Shown: in pieces, positions 36,585 to 49,352 of the stretch | Layout: each line of letters opens with the position of its first letter | Position numbering within the stretch: the first letter of the stretch is position 1 | NCBI RefSeq assembly: GCF_963921235.1 | Contig: NC_086097.1 | Coordinates: forward strand, 115,260,001 to 115,324,000 | From: Mobula hypostoma | Taxonomy: Eukaryota | DNA length: 64,000 bases | Direction of reading: 5' to 3' | Notes under the pieces: generated by a model | The model's input: only the letters and a program-made list of their open reading frames with translations | What the model was told of the DNA's origin: nothing | Databases searched by the model: none | Translations under genes and position numbers: made by a program

Positions 36585-39020
36585 CTGTATCCAGCATCCT
36601 GTTGGTGAGTGTGCAGTCACTGGACAATAGGAGGCAGATGAGGCAGATATCAATTGTTTGCTGTACCAAGACTTGGTTGGTGAGTGTGTAGATGAGGCAG
36701 TTTTCAATTCTTTGCTGTACCAAGACTTGACTATCAGAGGACACACCAGATGCAGCAATCAGACCAGAAGGATTTACCATCTTCAGAATGGATCAAACCG
36801 TGAACCCTGGTAAGGAACAGAGAGGCAGTGTGTGCTTTTTGGTCAATTCTCTTTGGTGTGCTGACGTGGCAGATATGCCACCCTCATGCTCCCCTGACTT
36901 GGAATGTAGACCGTTCTCTTTGCCTCAGAGTTCTTGTCTGAAATCCTGACTGCAGTTTATATACTACCAGCGGCCGACTATAAGCAGGCACACACGACAC
37001 TGCACAATGTCAACTGTAGACAAGAAACAACCCATCCCAATGCATTTCGAATTGTAATCAGTGACTTCAACCAGGCCTGTTTGAAGAAAACCCCAACCAA
37101 TCATCATCAGCGTATAATCTGTAGTACCAGAGGTCTCAACAAACTAGACCACTGCTACACTACAATAAGGAGTGCCTGTCGTTCCTTTCCTATATTGTAT
37201 TTTGGCAAATCAGTTCATTTCACTGTACTCTGACTACCTGCATACAGACAGAGCCTAAAAAGCAAGGCTCCAGAGATCAAGACAACAAAGAGGTGGTTTC
37301 AGGAGGAAAAGGAATGGTTACAGGATTTGCTTTGAGTCAGTAAACTGGGCCGTGTGTAAGCACTCATCTGAGGACCTGAATGGCTACACTAGGGTTGTAA
37401 TAGACTTTATTAAAACAGCTGTAGATGAGTGTGTTCCCATAAAATTGTTCAGGGTCTTCCCCAGTCAGGAGCCCTGGATGAACCATGAAATCCAGAATAT
37501 GTCGAGGGCCAGATCAGAGGCATTCGAGTTTGGAGATGAAGAATGTTACAAGAGGTGCAGGTATGATCTCTGGAAAGCCACCTCATGGAAGAAGTGGAGA
37601 TTCTGGACAAGACTGGAATCAATGAGGGATGCTCGACGGCTGTGGCAGAGTTTGAATGCCACAAACTTATATAAAGTGAAATCAAGCAAGATGGGGGACA
37701 GCAGAGCTTTGCTTCCGGATGAGCTCATGCCTCCTCTGTTCGCTTTGACCATCAGAGTATTGCACGTCCCCATGTCTCCCAATGGTCCTTTGGTCTCAAT
37801 ATCTGAGGACGATGTGCGGACTGCCTTCGAGAGAGTGAATCCGAGGAAAGCATCCGATCTGGACAGAGTACCTGGCTGAGTACTGAATACCTGTGCTGAC
37901 AAACTGGCTGGTGTGTTCACAGATACCTTCAGCCTCTCGCTCTGGCAGTGTGTGGTACCTACCGGTTTCCAGCAGACTTCAATCACACCGGTGCCCAAGA
38001 TGAGCTTGCTGACTTACCTCAATGACTGTCACCCAGTGGCACTCACATCCACAGTGATGAAGTGCTTTGAGAGGCTGGTATTGAAACATATCAGCTCCTG
38101 TCAGAGTGACATCTTAGATCCTCTCCAAGTTGCCTACTGGAGCAACAGGTCCACAGCAGATGCCATCTCATTGGCTCTTCAAACAATCCTGGAACATCTG
38201 GACAGCAAAGATGCACACATCAGGATATTCTTTATCTGTTATAGCCTAGCATTCAATAACATCATCCACTCAAAACTAATCAGTAAACTCCAAGACCTGG
38301 AGCAATTTGATCCTGGATAACCCCTTGTGCAACTGGATTGTGGATTTCCTCACTTGCAGACCCCAGTCAGTTTAGATGGCAAGAGTATCTCCTCCACAAT
38401 CTCCATCAGCGCAGGTGCTTTACGGCTATGATTGTGTGGTAAGTACACCTCCTACATCATATTGAAGTTTGCTGATGACGCCACTGTTGTGGGCCAAATC
38501 AAAGGTGATGATGAATCAGCATGTAGGAGGGAGACTGAAAATTTGGCTAAGTTGTGTTATAACAACGACCTCTCACTCAATGTCAGCAAAGTCGAGGAAC
38601 TGACTGTAGACTTCAGGAGAGGGAAACCAGAGGTCCCTGAGACAGTCCTCATCAGAGGATCAGAGGTGGGGAGGGTCACTGGGTGCCACTATCTCAGAGG
38701 ATCTTCCCCAGACCCATCATGGAAATGTAATTGCAAAGAGAGCACAACGATGCTTCTACATCTCAGGAGTCTGCGGAGATACGGCATGACATCAAAAATC
38801 TTGACGAACGTCTTTAGATGTGTGCTGGAAAATGTATTGATTGGCTGCATTATGGCCTGGTATGGCAACACCAATGCCTTTGAATGGGAAATCCTACAAA
38901 AGATTATGGATGTGGCCCAGTACATCACGGGTAAAGCCCTCCCAACCATTGAGCCCATTTACATGAAACGCTGTCATAGGACAGTAACATTCATCATCAA
39001 AGATCCTCACCACTCAGGCC
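36585..39020 (+). mobile_element. Decayed Rex1-like LINE (APE and RT)
   Basis: AVYILP, SDFNQA, LDHCYTTI, EPWMN, PVALTSTVMKCFERLV, LKFADD, LSLNVSK, CIMAWYGN. Confidence 0.9.
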
Positions 39021-39139
39021 AGTTGATGTTTCGAGCTGAGACCTGCCATCTTGTGTGTGTCGCTTTGTATCAATTATGGCCTGGTGTTCGGTACCATCAT
39101 CCTTCAATATAAATCACAAAGATTGTAAACCTGAGCGAC

Positions 39140-42100
39140 CGCCCCTGTCTGCCAATGGAGTAGCAGTATTTTTCTGCTGCTCTTAGTTTTCTTTCTTTCC
39201 CCCTAGTTTAAGCTTTGAATTTAAAATTTCTACTTGTTGATTCTTGAGGGTGATCAATATGTCTATGTCTACAAGAAGTGGGAAGAATTTACCTGAACCT
39301 AGTGATAAAGGTAATGGGAAAGGAAAGGTGCAAAAGGAAAGATCTGATGAAATGCCATTGTGGGCTGAAGGTATCGTTTGGACACTGAATTCAATTCAGG
39401 ATCAGAATGGATCAATTAAAGACCAACTGGAAAAGAATAGTAATGAAATGAAGTCATTTCTGGGAAAACTTAAAGACCTGGAAACTCAAGTTATTTCACA
39501 CGAAGAGGAATTGAAGATATCTAAGCAAAAGCTGTCTGAAGCTACAACTCATTTGGAAAGATATCAAAATACGATTATAGACCTGGAAACTAGGTCTTGA
39601 CGAAGGAATATAAGAATTGTTGGGCTGCAGGAAGGAGCTGAAGATGGAGATCTAACAGCTTACTTTGGTAAGCTTTTCCACACTTTATTTCCTACCATTC
39701 TATCAAAGCCGCCTGCTATAGAAAGGGCACACAGGGCGTTTATCTCGAAAGCGAAGGACTCTAGTAAACCAAGATCTGTTCTGGTTTGCTTTCATCACTT
39801 TAAAATTAAAGATCAAATAATACGACAGGCAAGAAAACAGAGAGTTTTTAGATTTATGGCATCTGAGCTCCACTTCTACGAAGATTATCCAAGAGAGATA
39901 ACGGAACAAAGATCAAAATTTGCCCTGGTAATGAAACAAACATATGATAAGAATCTTTTCCCGTCTTTGAGGTATCCGACAAGAACTTAAATTTTCCCTG
40001 CTAATTCTCCTCTTTGTACTTTCTTTGATCCAAAAGCTGCACTGGATTTTGTTCAGGCTTTTGCCGCTGTCACCGACACCACTGTTGAATGATCCACCTG
40101 AAAGGCTGTTTGGCTATTTGTACATTATTCGCATTTTGGAAAGAAGATTTATGTCATTTGTGTATTTCATTGAGAGACTAATTAAAGAACACGGGGAGTT
40201 GTTCTTTATTGCATATTATCGGTTTTCCTTTGGAAAGACTTATGGTTTAAGTATCTCTGCTCAAATGATCTCTGGAGATTTTATGACTGAGGGAAGAAGA
40301 TAAGGCGATTTGTTCCTTTAATTTAATACTTGGTAGCTATTTGGTAGTTTTTTTCCTAATAATAGGGCTTTTTATATATTTTTCTGTTTTATTATTACAT
40401 TTTATAATTGAATTTAAAGCTTTTTTAAGGAATTAATAGTAAACTTAAACATGACGCTGGTTTTTCTCTCTAAGAGATAACATTATTTTGGTTCTTCCTT
40501 GTTTATCAGTCGATGGAATGTAAATACCTTTTTTTGCTGAGACTTTATTGTCTTTTTCACAAGGTCACTCTACTTTTTTACTAATTGGGCGGAGGGAAAG
40601 AAAACACAGACAGAGCAGTCAGCAGCTTTGAATTCTATCGTAGATCGCTTGCCTCTTTCGGGTTTCCGGGTGTGGGTGGGTGGGTTTAGAGTTAGTTTTT
40701 TCCCATTGGGTGGTTCCAGAGCATGCATGGCTGTATTCCTCATCACCGCCATCTTTGATAATCCTGCATTGGTATGTGCTTTGTGCATGTATAAACTAGA
40801 ATGAAATTATAGTATGCTGTTCAAATGGATTAATATAATAAGTTGGAATGTACGTGGTTGGAATCATCCTATTAAGCGAAAGAAGAATTTTAAAATTATT
40901 ATCCGATTCCAACCTGATATAATTTTTGCTCAAGAGACACATATCAGGGTGGGAGATCAAAATAGATTTTTTAGATGGTGGAATGGTTTGCAATTCCACT
41001 CTACTTCTCAGAGTAAAACAAAAGGTGTGTCTATTTTCATTAAACCTAATATATTTATTCAAAAGGATATTGAATCAAATTCTAATGGTAGATTTTTAAT
41101 TGTTAAAGGAAGAATCTGTAACAGAAAAGTTGTTTTGGTTAATTTGTATGGTCTTAACTTAGATGATCCTTCTTTTTTTTAAAAAACGGTATTTGCTTTG
41201 CTGCCCGACTTAAATGAATATATGCTCATAATGGGTGGGAATTTTAATTGTTGTGTAAATCCTATGATTGATAAGAGCTCAACCAATCAGCGACTTCCAA
41301 ATTGATCCGCATCATTTATTAATTCCTTTTTGATTGATTTTGGGTTGATTGATTTGTGGAGGTATCTTTATCCCGATAATAGCGAATATTCTTTCTTCTC
41401 ACACTTTTATAAAAAATATTTGAGGATCGATTATATTATAATCAATCCCCGCTTCTTGCCTAGTGTTAAAACTTGCGAATATGACACTATTGCTATATCT
41501 GATCATGAGCCTCTGAGATTGTCTTTTGAATTTGATAACGTCATTCTTGCCCGCCCACCTTGGCGCATGTCTCAGACATTATTGCAAAACTCTGACTTTG
41601 TTACTTTCATTGAAACCCAGATAAAAGAATTTTTTCTTTTTAATGATATAGGGGGTATGTCTAAATTAGTTATATTGGATACATTTAAAGCATTTTTATG
41701 TGGTCAGATTATTTCTTATTCAGCTAAACTTAAAAAACAAACTAAAGCAGAATTAGATAGAATTTCAAAACAAATTAAAGATTAAATAATATTTATGCAA
41801 TTTCCCCTAATACGGATTTATTTAAACAAAGGGTGGAACTTCAATCACAATATAATCTGTTATTAACTCATCCCATTGAATGTTATTTGCTTAAGTTAAG
41901 GAGCCAATTTTATATGTCTGGAGATAAAAATAATAAACTGCTTGCATCTCAATTAAAAATGGCTGCAGCCAAAAGACAAATCATGAAAATTCATAGGAAA
42001 GATGGTACCTTAGCTCAGGAATATGAAGAAATTAATAAGATTTTTCAAGATTTTTATGCTGAGTTATATAAATCTCAATGTCCATTAGATTCCTCTAAAA

Positions 42101-44122
42101 TGGATGCTTTTTTACGAAAGATTGTTTTTCCTAAAATCTCGGCTGAGGATCAAAAGATTCTCGATGCTCAAATTACCGAAGCTGAAATTCATAAAGCTAT
42201 TTTTTCAATGCAATCTGGTAAGTCCCCAGGACCTGATGGCTATCCTGTAGAATTTTATAAAAAATTTGTAAAGTTGCTCTCTCCGTATATGTTGGAAATG
42301 TTTAAGGATTCTTTTGTGAAAGGTGACTTACCTTCTACTTTTTATGAGGCCTCTATTTCTTTAATTCTTAAAAAAGATAAAGGTCCTACTGACTGTGCTT
42401 CATATAGACCTATTTCATTACTGAATGTTGACGCTAAGATTTTGTCAAAGATAATGGCCAATCGGTTGGAGAATATTTTGGGTAAAATTATTTGTAAAGA
42501 TCAAACAGGCTTTATAAAGGGTTTCTTTTATAAAGTCCTTTTCAAATGTTCGGAGACTATTTAACATTATATATTCATCCTCTTCTAAAATTCCACAATG
42601 TGTTGTATCTTTGGATGCTGAAAGAGCATTCGACCAAGTCGAATAGAAATATTTATTCCATGTTTTAGAGAAATCTGGCTTTGTTGTTAATTTTAAAAAT
42701 TGGATTAAAATGATATATAAAGCCCCTATTGCTACTGTTGTAACTAACAATTGTAGGTCTCCTTTTTTTCAGCATTCATGGGGGACAAGGCAAGGCTGTC
42801 CATTTGTTGTTTAATTTAATATTAGGACCCTTGCTATTGCTCTTTCTGAGGCTAAAAATATCCATGGGATCTTTGTGAATGAGACCATGCATAAGGTATC
42901 TCTTTATGCTGATGATTTATTGGTTTATATATCTAACCCTGACGAATCCATTCCTGCCTTGCTAAAATTATTTAATGAAATCGGAGGTTTTTCAGGATAT
43001 AAAATTAATTTTAGTAAAAGTGAATTGTTTCCTTTAAATGATTCTGTCTCTATATATGATAATACTCCTTTTAAAGTTTCAGACTCTTTTAGATATTTAG
43101 GTATTATAATTACTAAAAAATATAAGGATCTTCATAAAGCTAATTTTGTTCCCTTAATAGACTCTATGAAGTATTTATTTAGTAGATGGAGTCCACTTAC
43201 ATTTTCACTTGTTGGTTGTATTCATATAGTTAAAATGATGATTTTACTGAAATTTTATACTTATTCCAGAATATTCCTGTTTTTTTGACAGGAAGTTTTT
43301 TTGATCAGATTGATTCTATTATTTTATCTTTTGTTTGGAATAATAAAAGACCAAGAATTAATAAATGTCATTTACAAAAATTGAAAAAGTTTGGAGGTCT
43401 TGCATTGCCTAATTTTAGAATGTATTATTGGGCTGTTAATCTGCGATATATGTCTTTTTGGATATACTGGGTTGATAAGAGTGATCGGCCAATTTGGGTA
43501 GACCCGGAACTAAAAGTTGTAAAACAGTTTTATTTTACCTTGTTATTGGGAGCTCCTTTACCTATGCAATTAGGTAAAGTTGTTAATTCAAACCTATATC
43601 CTGTGATTAAGTATTCTTTACAAATTTGGCCCCAGTTCCGCAATTTTTTAATCTTAAAAAATTTAAACTTTGTGGTTTAATTTACCAAAATTACTTTTTT
43701 AAGCCTTCTTTGAGTGATCCAAATTTTTTACTTTGGAAGAATAAAGGTATTAATTCTTTTTTGGATTTATCTAAAGAAGATAGATTGATGTACTTTGAAC
43801 AATTAATTGATAAATATTCTCTTTCATACTCACACTTTCTGCAATACATTCAAGTTAGATATTTTTTACACAAATACTTAGGTAATTTCCCTTACATATT
43901 GGAGGCTGACCTGTTAGATACTATTATGAGTATGAATCCTTCGATTAAGGGTTCTATTGGAAGAATTTATAATTTACTATTACAATGGGATAAGCATCCT
44001 TTATCTAAGATTAAACAGGATTGGGAAAAGGAACTTAATTTGAGGTTTATGATGGAAGATTGGATGCGGATATTGAAGTTAGTTAACTCTTCCTCAATTT
44101 GTGCTAGCCATTCATTGATTCA
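39140..44122 (+). mobile_element. Near full-length decayed L1-clade LINE, 3'-truncated
   Basis: ORF1 from 39259 (coiled coil, DLETRS*RRNIRIVGL.EG, IERAHR, FYEDY). AT-rich spacer. ORF2 SWNVRG, AQETH, RIDY, SDH, KSPGPDG, YRPISLLNVDAK, LYADD, GGLALP. Confidence 0.93.
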
Positions 44123-44852
44123 GTCAGAGAACCTGTTCCCATGCTGTTCAACTCTATGACACTATATCAGCCATTACCTAGTTTTTCTGGAGGTTCTGCT
44201 GTTCGTCATTGAAATTGCAGTGAATGAATTGAACAAATCTTGAAAAATTTTGCCCCTGATAGAACAGTAACTTTTCTTGATCGTAAGCTTCCTCGTAATT
44301 TTTCCTGACAGATTTGAATCTTCCAGAGGTTCATATTATTTGAGAATAGGAACAATTTCATACAATAGTTGACCACAATTGTTCACTATATAGGAGGGGT
44401 TAACCTCTAGCTTTTTTGCTTTTCACTGATTTCTTGACAGGTTTATCCAAAAGTCAAATTATGAACCAGGAAGAAAATACAGTGACATTGTCTTACTCAT
44501 CTGCGATCAACTAATTGAGGGATTTGAAACATAATTAAAACAAAACTAGTTTATTATCTCTTTCAAAAAAGAAAATCAAATTCATAATTCTTGTCTAAAT
44601 TGTTGTGTTTTAATAAATATTGGACCAATTTCTGAGAGTGCTTGGTTCAATCCAACACTTAAATATGGATACAGCCCATCTATTCTCAGCATTCAGTCAG
44701 TGACATGTTACAACTAACTTCTAGATATGATTGCTTTACGATGTTAAAAACATGGGTGTTGATGACTTCCATGGCAACTCCCTTCTGGAGCTTCACAAAC
44801 ATTGAGAGATTTTATTGCTCACATGAACTTTTCCATTTTGATTTTTCTCAGT

Positions 44853-44906
44853 ATACACTCAGTGGCCACTTTTTTAACTATCTCCCACACTTAATAAAGT
44901 GGCCAT
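44853..44906 (-). mobile_element. Hairpin (double-TIR) end of the Tc1-derived element that continues at 48403
   Basis: cactcagtggccactttt...taataaagtggcca inverted pair. Confidence 0.75.
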
Positions 44907-45104
44907 CGATGATGTAACCTGCGGGGAGGAAATTTTATCGTGAAAAAGTCATTGCACTGGGGCAGTCCCACTCTCTCGACCTCAAATGTCTTGATCCAAT
45001 ATTACAAAAAATCGTCACGACTGGAGACTTCCTCGGCTGCAGTAGACAGCCGTGACATCTTCTGTGCCTTGCATGCCCTTCACTCGCCACAAAGCGCTGC
45101 AGCA

Positions 45105-48085
45105 AACAATAGGTAATAGGTGCAGGAGTAGGCCATTCAGCCCTTCGAGCCAGCACTACCATTCACTGTGATCATGGCTGATCATCTACAATCAGTACCC
45201 CTCTCCTGCCTTCTCCCCATATCCCTTGACTCCGCTATCTTTAAGAGCTCTATTTAACCCTTTCTTGAAAGAATACAGAGAATTGGCCTCCACTACCTTC
45301 TGAGGCAGAGCATTCCACAGAACCACAACCCTCTGTGTGAAAAAGTTTTTCCTCAACTCCTAAATGGTCTAAATGGTCTACCCTTTATTCTTAAACTGTG
45401 CCCTCTGGTTCTAGACTCCCCCAACATCGGGAACATGTTTCCTGTCTCTAGCGTGTCCAATCCCTTAATAATCATATATGTTTAAATCAGATCCCCTTTC
45501 ATCCTTCTAAATTCCAGTGTATACAAGCCTAGTCGCTCCAATCTTTCAACATATGACAGTCCCGCCACCCCGGGAATTAACCTTGTGAACCTACGCTGCA
45601 CTCCCTCAATAGCTAGAATGTCCTTCCTCAAATTTGGAGACCAAATCTGTACATAATAGTCCAGGTGTGGTCTCACCAGGGCCCTGTACAACTGCAGAAG
45701 GACCTCTTTGCTCCTGTACTCAACTCCTCTTGTTATGAAGGCCAACATGCCATTAGCTTTCTTCACTGCCTGCTATACCTGCATGCTTACTTTCAGTGAC
45801 TGATGAACAAGGACACCCAGATCTCGTTGTACCTCCCCTTTTCCTAACTTGACACCATTCAGATAGTAATCCACCTTCCTGTTCTTACCCCCAAAGTGGA
45901 TAAACTCACATTTATCCACATTAAACTGCATCTGCCATGCATCTGCCCACTCACCCAACCTATCCAAGTCACCCTGCATTCTCATAACATTCTCCTCATA
46001 TTTCACACTGCCACCCAGCTTTGTGTTATCTTCAAATTTGCTAATGTTACTTTTAATCCCTTCATCTAAATCATTAATGTATATTGTAAATAGCTGCAGT
46101 CCCAGCACCGAGCCTTGCGGTACCCCACCAGTCACTGCCTGCCATTCTGAAAAGGATCTATTAATCCCTACTCTTTGTTTCCTGTCTGCCAACCAATTTT
46201 CTATCCATGTCAGTACCTTACCCCCAATACCATTTGCTCTAATTTTGCCCACTAACCTCCTATATGGGACCTTATCAAAGGCTTTCTGAACGTCCAGGTA
46301 CACCACATCCACTGGCTTTCCCATATCCATTTTCATAGTTACATTCTCAAAAAATTCCAGAAGATTAGTCAAGCATGATTTCCCCTTCGTAAATCCATGC
46401 TGTCTCGAACCTATCCTGCTATTGCTATTCAAATATACCGCTATTTCATCTTTTATAATTGATTCCAGCATCCTCCCCACCACTGATGACAGACTAAGTG
46501 GTCTATAATTGCCTGTTTTCTCTCTCCCTCCTTTCTTAAAAAGTGGGATAACATTAGCTACCCTCCAATCTGCAGGAACTGATTCTGAATCTATAGAATA
46601 TTGGAAAATGATTACCAATGCGTCTATGCTTTCTAGAGCCACCTCCTTAAGTACCCTGGGATGCAGACCATCAGGCCCTGGGGATTTACCAGCCTTCAGT
46701 CCCATCACTTTACCTAACACCATTTTGTGCCTGATGCGAATTTCCTTCAGTTCCTCTGTTACCCTAGGTCCTCTGGCCACTATTACATCTGGGAGATTGT
46801 TTGTGTCTTCCCTAGTGAAGACAGATCCAAAGTACCTGTTCAGCTCGTCTACCATTTCCTTGTTCCCCATAATAATTTCACCTGTTTCTGTCTTCAAGGG
46901 CCCAACTTTGGTCATAACTAATTTTTCCTCTTCACATACCTAAAGAAGCTTTTACTATCCTCTTTTATATTCTTGGCTAGCTTACCTTCGTACCTCATCT
47001 TTCCACCCACCCCCCCCCCCCCCGCCGTTGCCTTTTTAGTTATCTTCTGTTGCTCCTTAAAAGTCTCCCAATCCTCTGGCATCCCGCTCATCCTTGCTAT
47101 GTTATACTTACTCTCTTTTATTTTTATACTGTCCTTGACTTCCCTTGTCATCCACGGTCACCCCTTACTCCCCTTAGAATCTTTCTTACTCTTTGGAATG
47201 AACTGATCCTGCACCTTTTGTATTATTCCCAGAAATACCTGCCATTGTTGTCCACTGTCATCCCTGTTAGGGTATCTTTCCAGTCAATTTTGGCCAGCTC
47301 GTCCCTCATGGCTCCATAGTCTCCTTTGTTCAACTGTAATACTGACACTTCTGATCTTCCCTTCTCCCTGTCAAATTGTAGATTAAAACTTATCATATTA
47401 TGGTCACTACCTCCTAATGGCTCCTTTACCTCGAGTTCCCTTATTAAATCTGGCTCATTACAAAACAGTAAATCCAGAATTGCCTTCTCCCTGGTAGGCT
47501 CTAACACAAGCTGCTCTAAGAATCCATCTCTGAGGCATTCCACAAACTCCCTTTCTTGGGGTCCAGTACCAACCTGATTTTCCCAGTCTACCTGCATCTT
47601 AAAATCCCCCATAACAACCGTAGAATTACCTTTGCGACATGTCAATTTTAACTCTTGATTTAACTTGCACCCTATATCCAGGCTACTGTTTGGGGCCTGT
47701 AGATAACTCCCATCAGGGTCTTTTTGCCCTTACAGTTTCTCAGTTCTATCCATACTGACTCTACATCTCCTGATTCTATGTCCCCCCGTCACAAGTGGCT
47801 GAATTTCATTCCTCACCAGCAGAGCCACCCCACCCCCTCTGCCAACCTGTCTGCCCTTTTGACAGGATGTATATCCCTGAATATTCATTTCCCAGCCCTG
47901 GTCCTCTTACAGCCATGTCTCTGTTATTCCCACAACATCATACTTTCCAATTTCCAACTGAGCCTCAAGCTCATCCACTTTATTTCTTATACTCCGTGCA
48001 TTCATATATAATACTTTTAATCCTTTTAAAGTAATATTTTTACTCCCCTCACCTTTCACATCCATTCCTATTGCACTTGGCCATA
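45105..48085 (-). mobile_element. CR1 LINE 'E', nearly complete ORF2
   Basis: ORFs 47907-48113, 47223-47645, 45773-46915 and 45482-45766. (cctattgt)-type tail. Confidence 0.95.
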
Positions 48086-48214
48086 TGCTTGGCAGCACAA
48101 CCTTCTGGGGCATTAGATCTTGTAGTTGATCTTATCCCCTCAGTCCACTGGAACTGGCTTCACATGCTAAGGCAGGCATATTCCTGCCTCACAGGGGTTG
48201 GAGGTTCCCAGCCA

Positions 48215-48400
48215 CCCTCACCTGGTTTAGCATGCCTGTCAAAGCAGGGTACCAGGGTGTGGCCACTGTGGCATGCAGACAGTTACTTTGAGCAACAGGT
48301 GAGAGCTGGGTGGCAGATGGGGACTAAAGGTGGGTGAGCTGCCCCTGGGTAGAACATGACAAGCTCACCACCAGAACTGCTACTCCTTCCTGAACACCCC
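48215..48400 (-). ncRNA. Degenerate HDV-like ribozyme fold
   Basis: P1 ggggtgt/acaccct followed by gg. 10-bp P2 ctctcacctg/caggtgaggg. J4/2 gCtaaac. P3 and P1.1 imperfect. Confidence 0.55.
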
Positions 48401-48402
48401 AT

Positions 48403-49352
48403 ACACCACTGTTGTAATGCATAGCTATTTGAGTTGCTGTCACCTTCCTGTCAGCTTGAACCAGTCTGGCCATTAAACTCTGACCTCTTTCATTAACAAG
48501 GCATTTTGACTACAGAACTGCCACTCACTGGATGCGTTTTGATTTTTGTACCATTCTCTGCAAACTTTTGAGACTGTTTGACATGAATATCCCAGGAGAT
48601 CTGTAGTTTCTGAGATACTCCAACCACCCTGTCTGGTACCAGCAATCATTCCACAGTCAAAGTCACTTAGGTCACATTTCTTCCCTATTCTGATGTTTGG
48701 TCTGAACAGCAACTGTGCATTTTGGTCCCCTAATCTGAGGAAAGACATCTTTGCCATAGAGGGAGTACAAAGAAGGTTCACCAGATTGATTCCTGGGATG
48801 GCAGGTCTTTGATATGAAGAAAGACTGGATGAACTGGGCTTGTGCTCGTTGGAATTTAGAAGATTGAGGGGGGATCTGATTGAAACGTATAAGATCCTAA
48901 AGGGATTGGACAGGCTAGATGCGGGAAGATTGTTCCCGATGTTGGGGAGGTCCAGAACGAGGGGTCACAGTTTGAGGATAGAGGGGAAGCCTTTTAGGAC
49001 CGAGATTAGGAAAAACTTCTTCACACAGAGAGTGGTGAATCTGTGGAATTCTCTGCCACAGCAAACTGTTGAGGCCAGTTCATTAGCTATGTTTAAAAGG
49101 AAGTTAGATATGGCCCTTGTGGCTACAGGGGTCAGGGGGTATGGAGGGAAGGCTGGGTTCTGAGTTGGATGATCAGCCATGATCATAATAAATGGCGGTG
49201 CAGGCTCGAAGGGCCGAATGGCCTACTCCTGCACCTATTTTCTATGTTTCTATGTTTCTATGTCTGCATGCTTTAATGTATTGATTGGCTGATTGGAAGT
49301 CTGTATTAATGAGCAGGTGTATAGGTGTACCGAATAAAATGGCCACTAAGTA
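48403..49352 (-). mobile_element. Tc1-derived element body (48403-48715 plus 49262-49352)
   Basis: ORF 48473-48781 contains GKKCDLSDFDCGMIAGTRQGGWSISETTDLLG. TIR at about 49325-49352. Confidence 0.85.
48716..49261 (+). mobile_element. 5'-truncated CR1 (B family) inserted in the Tc1-derived element
   Basis: Highly similar to 5860-6405. (tttctatg)n tail. Confidence 0.92.

Larger units (their letters stand above)
44907..48402 (-). mobile_element. ~500-bp non-coding element (44907-45104 plus 48092-48402) split by CR1 E; HDV-like 5' head, possibly RTE-related
   Basis: gcagca duplicated at 45099-45104 and 48092-48097 around CR1 E. Both halves are non-CR1 and non-Tc1, and lie between the two parts of the Tc1 element. 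Confidence 0.6.

Noticed and set aside
36590..36730. Short direct duplication (gttggtgagtgtg...tttgctgtaccaagacttg)
   Set aside because: Local duplication within the decayed Rex1 5' coding region.
44170..44340. Open frames on the minus strand ending at a gtaatg donor-like site
   Set aside because: No recognisable homology, so it cannot be told from chance.
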